From positions 667 through 64,666 of the forward strand of contig JBBQZC010000005.1 in the NCBI GenBank assembly GCA_038208115.1: a stretch of DNA of 64,000 bases, in the 5' to 3' direction. Both the position numbers and the translations under genes were made by a program. Positions 58,090-64,000 of this stretch are shown in pieces. Positions within the stretch are counted from its first letter, which is position 1, and the number at the start of each line of letters is the position of its first letter. Below the pieces are notes generated by a model. That model worked only from the letters and a program-made list of their open reading frames with translations. It did not search any database and was not told the DNA's origin. Origin of the DNA: Candidatus Moraniibacteriota bacterium. GTDB lineage: Bacteria > Patescibacteriota > Minisyncoccia > Moranbacterales > GCA-2747515.

Positions 58090-58695
58090 ATGAGCAAAGG
58101 AGTCACAGGAAGTTTAGCAATTTGCATTAATCCAAACTGTTTCATAACATCAATTATTGCGACAGATGTTTCAGATGTTGATAGTGTAATGGAATCATTA
58201 CAAAAACACTGCGGGTGGGAATTAATCCACTCTGAGAAAGTCAGGCATTACACAGAATTCATCCCCACAGAAAAGACTCTCTTGCGAGGGTTTTCTACAA
58301 TACAACAAAAAATTTGCAATGATTGCTCCGATCAGATTACCTCAATCAGCGTTGTAACAAGTGAGATGAAGAGTATAACAAAAATTATTCTCAAAAATCT
58401 TGACGGCAAGATTGAGGACGAGGAGAAGCGTCTTTCCCGATGCAAAATCGAACTCAAAGAAACAACTCAAAGAGGTGGCGATAGCATTGACACCGCGACA
58501 AGCCAAAATGCTCTCCAAACGATTCATGGTCGCATGAAAGATCTTGAGATATCACTTCAAAAGAAAATTCTCCTGAGAAAAAAATTGTCCCAAAAAACAT
58601 GGAACGGGTTTTGTAGCAATTGCAAAACTGAACCTGTTCCTTTTGGCAGAGTCGAATTAAATGACTCATTGACGTGTATTGGGTGTGCGCTGTAA
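58090..58695 (+). CDS. Atypical DksA/TraR-family C4 zinc-finger protein (extra N-terminal Cys pairs, coiled-coil, C-terminal CxxC-N17-CxxC)
   Basis: C-term CSNCKTEPVPFGRVELNDSLTCIGCA matches DksA/TraR finger spacing. Start trimmed to MSKGV. Confidence 0.5.
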   Translation: MSKGVTGSLAICINPNCFITSIIATDVSDVDSVMESLQKHCGWELIHSEKVRHYTEFIPTEKTLLRGFSTIQQKICNDCSDQITSISVVTSEMKSITKIILKNLDGKIEDEEKRLSRCKIELKETTQRGGDSIDTATSQNALQTIHGRMKDLEISLQKKILLRKKLSQKTWNGFCSNCKTEPVPFGRVELNDSLTCIGCAL

Positions 58696-58816
58696 TTTAA
58701 AAAAACACCACACTGCGCCTGTCGGCACAAGATTGTATTCTTGTGCCGGCTTTTTTTGTCTTATTGTGAAGATTATTGCTATACTATATATATAATATTG
58801 TTTCCCATTACCACCT

Positions 58817-60910
58817 ATGATCACTCTCGACACATTACTTTCTGAACTTCCCCGCATCACGCCTGCACATGCCAAAAAACTCTTACGACTCAATCTCGTT
58901 ACTGTAAAAAATCTTCTTCATCATTTTCCGAGTCGGTATGAGGATTTTGCAACTATTTATCCGATTTCCGATTTATCCGCAGACATGAATGCAACCGTCG
59001 TAGGCATCATTTCAGAGATGAAAACAAATCGCATTCCCAAAAGACATCTCACAGTGACAAATGCCACAATTTCTGATGATTCTGGAAGCATTTCCATTGT
59101 ATGGTTCAATCAGTCATTTATCGAAAATTCATTACATGTTGGTAACGCATACCGCTTGAGTGGTAAAGTTGCCTATAATACAAAAAATGGACTTCACTTT
59201 AGTGCACCCAACATTGAGCGTACAGAGCGTAAACCGACTAGCACCGGTCGTCTCGTACCGACATATCCAGAAACTGCTGGCATCACGTCGAAATGGCTTC
59301 GATGGCAAATTCATATGATTCTCGCTACAGAAATTGATTTACTTGACGCATTACCAGAAAATATTGTGACAGAACTCCACCTCCCAAAATTATCTACAGC
59401 ACTCAAACTCATTCACTATCCACGATCCTTGGAAGACGTCGAATACGCACGAAAGCGATTTGTATTTGAAGAAATGTTTATTCTCCAGCTCATCACGATT
59501 CGCACGCGATCACAGCTTGCGAAAGAAAAATCGTATATAATTCCATTTGATGAAAAACTTGTACAACAATTTGTCCAAAATCTCCCATTCGTGCCAACCG
59601 ATGCACAGAAAAAAAGTGCATATCAAATACTCACTGATCTATCAAAACCAGTACCCATGAATCGCCTTCTCAATGGTGATGTTGGCTCTGGCAAGACACT
59701 TGTTGCTCTCATCGCCGCGCTCGAGTGTGCCAAATCAGGATATCAAATTGCTATCCTTGCACCGACAGAAGTACTCGCGCTACAACATTTCAATACGTTT
59801 CTCACATTTTTTGAAAAATACGAAATCTCAATCGGACTTCTTACTGGCGCATACAAGATGGAGGGCGCGCATCCTGCACTCACACAGAATATAACACGTT
59901 CCGCCATGCTTTCGCGTATCAAAAATGGGGATATCAAAATTGTAATTGGTACACATGCAATCATTCAAGAAGACGTTGCATTTCATAATCTCTCACTCAT
60001 CATCGTCGACGAACAACACCGTTTTGGTGTAGCACAACGCGCAAAACTCGCGCAAAAAAGCATAGAGAGTAATGATGGTAACAAAAAAACTGTACCACAT
60101 TTCCTCACCATGACAGCAACGCCAATTCCTCGAACATTTGCATTAGCATTATTTGGTGACCTCCATGTATCACTCCTTGATGAAAAACCGAAGAATCGTA
60201 AGGAGATTATCACAAAGATCATCCATCCGGAAAGACAATCTGTAGTATACGATTTTATCAAAAAGGAAATTGCTTTTGGCCGCCAAGCATACATTGTCCT
60301 CCCTCTCGTAGAAGATTCTGACGCATTGCAAAATGTAAAATCAGCAAAAGCGGAATTTGATCGACTATCAAAAGATGTCTTCTCCACATATTCTCTCGGA
60401 CTGATGCACGGTCGTTTGAAAGCAAAAGAAAAAGAAAAACTCATGGCAGATTTTAAAAATAATAAGATCAATATTCTTATTTCCACATCAGTGATCGAAG
60501 TCGGTGTCGATGTGCCAAATGCAACAATAATGATCATTGAAAATGCAGAACGATTCGGACTCTCACAACTCCATCAATTTCGCGGACGCATTGGGCGTGG
60601 CAATCATCAATCACATTGCTTCTTATTTTCTACACATTTTAATAGTCAGCGCCTTCATGCAATGGAAAAACACACTGATGGATTTAGACTCGCAGAGATC
60701 GATCTCGCATTGCGCGGACCAGGCGAATTTTTAGGATCACAACAAAGTGGTTTACCAGATGGTGCAATGAAAAATATTTCAAATATAAAACTCATTACAC
60801 TCACACGAAAGTATGCAAAAAGTCTTCTTACAGAAGATCCATTCATGAAAAAACATCCACTTCTTGCAAAAGAAATCACACACCTTTATGAACGAATCCA
60901 TCTTGAGTAA
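58817..60910 (+). CDS. recG: ATP-dependent DNA helicase RecG
   Basis: N-terminal wedge/OB region; LNGDVGSGKTLVAL, DEQHRFGV, 697 aa. Confidence 0.93.
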   Translation: MITLDTLLSELPRITPAHAKKLLRLNLVTVKNLLHHFPSRYEDFATIYPISDLSADMNATVVGIISEMKTNRIPKRHLTVTNATISDDSGSISIVWFNQSFIENSLHVGNAYRLSGKVAYNTKNGLHFSAPNIERTERKPTSTGRLVPTYPETAGITSKWLRWQIHMILATEIDLLDALPENIVTELHLPKLSTALKLIHYPRSLEDVEYARKRFVFEEMFILQLITIRTRSQLAKEKSYIIPFDEKLVQQFVQNLPFVPTDAQKKSAYQILTDLSKPVPMNRLLNGDVGSGKTLVALIAALECAKSGYQIAILAPTEVLALQHFNTFLTFFEKYEISIGLLTGAYKMEGAHPALTQNITRSAMLSRIKNGDIKIVIGTHAIIQEDVAFHNLSLIIVDEQHRFGVAQRAKLAQKSIESNDGNKKTVPHFLTMTATPIPRTFALALFGDLHVSLLDEKPKNRKEIITKIIHPERQSVVYDFIKKEIAFGRQAYIVLPLVEDSDALQNVKSAKAEFDRLSKDVFSTYSLGLMHGRLKAKEKEKLMADFKNNKINILISTSVIEVGVDVPNATIMIIENAERFGLSQLHQFRGRIGRGNHQSHCFLFSTHFNSQRLHAMEKHTDGFRLAEIDLALRGPGEFLGSQQSGLPDGAMKNISNIKLITLTRKYAKSLLTEDPFMKKHPLLAKEITHLYERIHLE

Positions 60911-60999
60911 TTTTGTAAATCATCTACTCTCACACTGTCTCTGCGAGGACATACGACCAAACCCCTCCAACTGCAGACGGCTAATCTTGGATGGGTGTG

Positions 61000-61028
61000 C
61001 AAAAAAGCAATCTGCGTAAGATTGCTTC
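61000..61028 (-). terminator. Rho-independent terminator downstream of the glycosyltransferase gene
   Basis: aaaaaagcaatct-gcgta-agattgctt. Confidence 0.6.
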
Positions 61029-61085
61029 GTCATTCCACTTAAATTATAGCCCTCACAAAAACTCTTATATATTAATCAAAAGAAA

Positions 61086-62252
61086 CTATAGTGGATTTTG
61101 ATGATATAAGATTGATTGTTCGTATACGCGCAATAAATCATTTGCACATACGCTTGCAGTATAATATTTCCGTGCTATCTCATATGCGCTTTCTCCACAT
61201 TTTCTTCTCAACTGCGGATCATCGATCAATCTCTGTATGCTCTGAGAAAAAATGTCCTCCTTTTCTACTGTGACAATACCTGAAATCTCATTCTGGATTA
61301 GATCGCCTACGCCATTTGTTCCTACTGCTACAATTGACTTTCCACAGTACATATTTTCTGTGATAATCGTTCCTTGTGTTTCTGATGTTGACGCATAGAC
61401 AAATATATCACCTGCCATGAGATAATGCTTTACCATTGCTCGATCGATCTTGCCCGTAAATATCACTTGTTGGAGAACATCATAATCGATAAATATTGAC
61501 TTCATTTTTTCTGATAAATCCCCTTCTCCACAACACATAAAAATAACATGCGGATTTTTTGTCAAAATATTTGCAACTGCACGTGCAAGAAAAATCACAT
61601 TTTTTTCCTCAGTTAGACGTGAGACTGTTACTAATACAATTTGATCATCTGTCACATTATATTTATTTCTGATCATTGCCCCGTTTCCATTTGCGAATAA
61701 TTCTTCATCAACACCTGATGGTACAATACTGATGCGATCATGCGTGACGCCTGCTCCACGAATGATGGGGATAATTGACGCAGTCGGAACAATCACATGA
61801 TCACTTTCCATCGCAAAACCGCCCGCATTATGCATTGCCCAACTACCCGCAAGACGATCTGGCACGAATGGTGCATAATGTGCATATCGATCGTAGAGAG
61901 AGTGCCATGTAAAAACCAATGGGACATTTTTTTTCACTGCCCATTTTTGTGCGACTGTTCCAAGAAGATTGGGATGTTGTGCATGGATTACATCAATATG
62001 CAAAGATGAAATGATTTCATCAATTCGCAAAGAGTATGGAATCACAAGAGAAAAATCAATTTTTGTCGGAGTTTTAATCGCAGGATAGCGAAAAATATTT
62101 TGTTCTTTTTTCCGTAATGACCCGCCCCATTGTGGCGCAAAAATATATACTGTATGTCCCCGTTTTTCTAGTGCACGACGAAATCCTTCCACTGATGTGC
62201 TTACACCGTATGGATTTGGCAAATAGTTATTCGTAAATATTGCAATATTCAT
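61086..62252 (-). CDS. Family 4 glycosyltransferase (GT-B fold, GT4)
   Basis: MNIAIFTNNYLPNPYGVST...; C-terminal ASTSETQGTIITENMYCGKSIVA (EX7E-type). Confidence 0.8.
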   Translation of the reverse strand: MNIAIFTNNYLPNPYGVSTSVEGFRRALEKRGHTVYIFAPQWGGSLRKKEQNIFRYPAIKTPTKIDFSLVIPYSLRIDEIISSLHIDVIHAQHPNLLGTVAQKWAVKKNVPLVFTWHSLYDRYAHYAPFVPDRLAGSWAMHNAGGFAMESDHVIVPTASIIPIIRGAGVTHDRISIVPSGVDEELFANGNGAMIRNKYNVTDDQIVLVTVSRLTEEKNVIFLARAVANILTKNPHVIFMCCGEGDLSEKMKSIFIDYDVLQQVIFTGKIDRAMVKHYLMAGDIFVYASTSETQGTIITENMYCGKSIVAVGTNGVGDLIQNEISGIVTVEKEDIFSQSIQRLIDDPQLRRKCGESAYEIARKYYTASVCANDLLRVYEQSILYHQNPL

Positions 62253-62268
62253 TTCCTTATGTATCCTC

Positions 62269-63105
62269 CTAGTTATTTTTTACAAAATGCACTACGGATT
62301 CAAAAACATCTCTGTGTTTTCCATTCCCCATGAAATTATGACTTGCTTTTTTGACAAGTCGCATTTCTTTTTTTTGTGAACCAATTTTTTTAAAAATTTT
62401 TCGAATACTGTCGCGTGACACGAGATGATCATGTTCTGGTTGAATGAGGAATACTGGTTGCGTGATCAATTCTATATTATCGAGTGAATTTTTGATCGTT
62501 GCATATGCTTCAAAAGCGCTACTGATCGGATATCGTTGATAAGAAATAAGCTGCGTGATACTTGGTTGTGCCTGAATGCCACGAGGATAGAATTTTTTCT
62601 TATAAGACACAAATCGCTTAGTGAGATGAGCAGCTACAATACCCAATTTCTCAAACCGCATTTTATATGGTGTACTCATCAAAATAAGACCACTTACAGA
62701 TGGTTCATTTTTAGCTACATGAAGTGCGAGATTTCCGCCCATCGACATTCCTCCAACATACACTTTCTTATATTGTTTCTTCAATCTTTGAAATGCCTTT
62801 TGGACATCTGTTGCCCATTGTTCACACGTCACACATTCGAGATCCTCTGGACGTGAGCCATGCCCTGAAAGCAATGGGGCATCGACTGCAATACCCTCAG
62901 CATTCAGTTGCTCCCCCAAAACACGCATTTCATATGGCGTTGATGTCCATCCATGAATAAGCATAACGCAAACATCGTTATTTTCTCCTTTAAGATGAAA
63001 TGATTTATTAATGAGATGGATATCTTCATGGTATCTCTGCAACATCCCTTCTGGGATTTTTCTCCTATCCGCAATATTATACAGTTTTAACAAATGTTCT
63101 GTCAT
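62269..63105 (-). CDS. Alpha/beta-hydrolase fold esterase/lipase (carboxylesterase or monoacylglycerol-lipase-like)
   Basis: VMLIHGWTSTP, nucleophile elbow GGMSMGGNLA. Confidence 0.75.
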   Translation of the reverse strand: MTEHLLKLYNIADRRKIPEGMLQRYHEDIHLINKSFHLKGENNDVCVMLIHGWTSTPYEMRVLGEQLNAEGIAVDAPLLSGHGSRPEDLECVTCEQWATDVQKAFQRLKKQYKKVYVGGMSMGGNLALHVAKNEPSVSGLILMSTPYKMRFEKLGIVAAHLTKRFVSYKKKFYPRGIQAQPSITQLISYQRYPISSAFEAYATIKNSLDNIELITQPVFLIQPEHDHLVSRDSIRKIFKKIGSQKKEMRLVKKASHNFMGNGKHRDVFESVVHFVKNN

Positions 63106-63215
63106 GATAACAATTATCTAATAAATCACTTTCCCTTATTGTACGCATAATATACTATTTATGCAATATATGAAAAGTCACTGTTTATATGCAATAAACA
63201 GTGACTTGGACGATT

Positions 63216-64000
63216 TTAGAGAAAATCATCCAGTACAAGACGTGCAAGAGCCTCATGATATTTTTGTGATGTTATCTCAATAACTTCACGAGGCAGATTT
63301 GGTGGTGGATATGTTTTGTTCCAATCTTGTTGACTGAGCCAGCGACGCAAATAGTCTTTGTCAAAACTCGGTGGAGCTTGCCCAAGTACCACTTGATTTG
63401 TTGACCAAAATCTAGATGAATCCGGCGTAAGAACTTCATCAGCCAAAAGCAATGTTCCATCTGGCGATAATACATACTCCAGTTTTGTGTCGGCAATTGT
63501 GATGCCGCACACTTTTGCATATTCCCTGGCAACAACAAAAATCTCTTGTGAAACAAATTTAACTTGTATACATAAAGCAGTCGCATCAATTTCATGAAAA
63601 TGATTCTGCAAAAGCCACTGTTGCATGATTTCAACCATCTTATTGAATGAGATGTTTTCATCATGTTCACCAAACCCAGCTTTTGTTGATGGTGTGAAAA
63701 GCGGTTCCACAAATTTTTCTGATTCCTGCATATCCGCTGGCAATTCAAATCCATGGAGCAATTTATATTGCTTCTTGCAATATGGAGATTCTGTCTTTTG
63801 CTCCAATATTGCTACCTCTTGATACGCCGACCAATACGATCCCGTGAGATTGCCTCGCACAATACATTCAATCGGTAATGGCAACCCCTTTTTAACAAGC
63901 ATACTCCGACCGATTAGATAGTCATGATATGGTGCGCACTCTGACGGGTAATCATCGGGATTGATACTGATCATATGATTACCAACTATATCTCGGGTTT
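63216..64000 (-). CDS. purC: SAICAR synthetase PurC (long form), partial: N-terminus lies right of the window
   Basis: IECIVRGNLTGSYW, TPSTK, ADTKLEYV...LLADEVLTPDSSRFW, FDKDYLRRWL. The frame stays open through nt 64000 upstream of the listed Met. Confidence 0.8.
   Translation of the reverse strand, partial: TRDIVGNHMISINPDDYPSECAPYHDYLIGRSMLVKKGLPLPIECIVRGNLTGSYWSAYQEVAILEQKTESPYCKKQYKLLHGFELPADMQESEKFVEPLFTPSTKAGFGEHDENISFNKMVEIMQQWLLQNHFHEIDATALCIQVKFVSQEIFVVAREYAKVCGITIADTKLEYVLSPDGTLLLADEVLTPDSSRFWSTNQVVLGQAPPSFDKDYLRRWLSQQDWNKTYPPPNLPREVIEITSQKYHEALARLVLDDFL

Noticed and set aside
1-64000. tRNA, rRNA, tmRNA, RNase P RNA, CRISPR arrays, transposases or integrases
   Set aside because: Scanning intergenic regions (T-loop-like GTTCRANYC motifs, regularly spaced direct repeats, recombinase-like ORFs) found nothing convincing. 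A covariance-model scan (tRNAscan/Infernal) would be needed to be definitive.

Overview
This window is an AT-rich bacterial chromosome segment, roughly one-third G+C by eye. Almost all genes lie on the minus strand, are tightly packed, and lack obvious Shine-Dalgarno sequences. The content looks like a CPR/Patescibacteria-type genome that uses the standard bacterial code 11, since TGA acts as a real stop in ispH and comEC.

The core is a complete S10-spc ribosomal-protein cluster, tuf-rpsJ-[315-nt spacer]-rplC ... rpsE-rplO, with no rpmD (L30) and a terminator straight after rplO instead of secY. Other housekeeping genes include an hrcA-grpE-hsp20-dnaK heat-shock operon with a perfect CIRCE operator, ispH, uppS, a polyprenyl synthase, mltG, pcm, a single-chain UvrD-helicase/nuclease, recG, cysS, acpP, ndk, a split comEC, nrdR, mnmA, dus, a csoR/HMA-membrane/copA copper operon, and purC partial at the right edge.

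The most unusual region is 1-6400, a tandem array of paralogous surface-protein operons. Each is promoter -> secreted disulfide-containing beta-module protein -> perfect intercistronic hairpin -> C-terminally membrane-anchored ~330-aa protein -> terminator. Two further paralogs carry N-terminal FN3-like domains, and one is interrupted by an in-frame TGA. I read this as a candidate cell-surface adhesion/attachment system.

Other notable items are a NUDIX-GrpE fusion, a 1058-aa secreted protein made of ~60 tandem 10-residue repeats, and a cluster of membrane-anchored thermonuclease, C39-like peptidase and DEDD exonuclease. I found no tRNA, rRNA, CRISPR array, transposase or integrase. All coordinates I derived by eye from the text may be off by +-1 to 2 nt.
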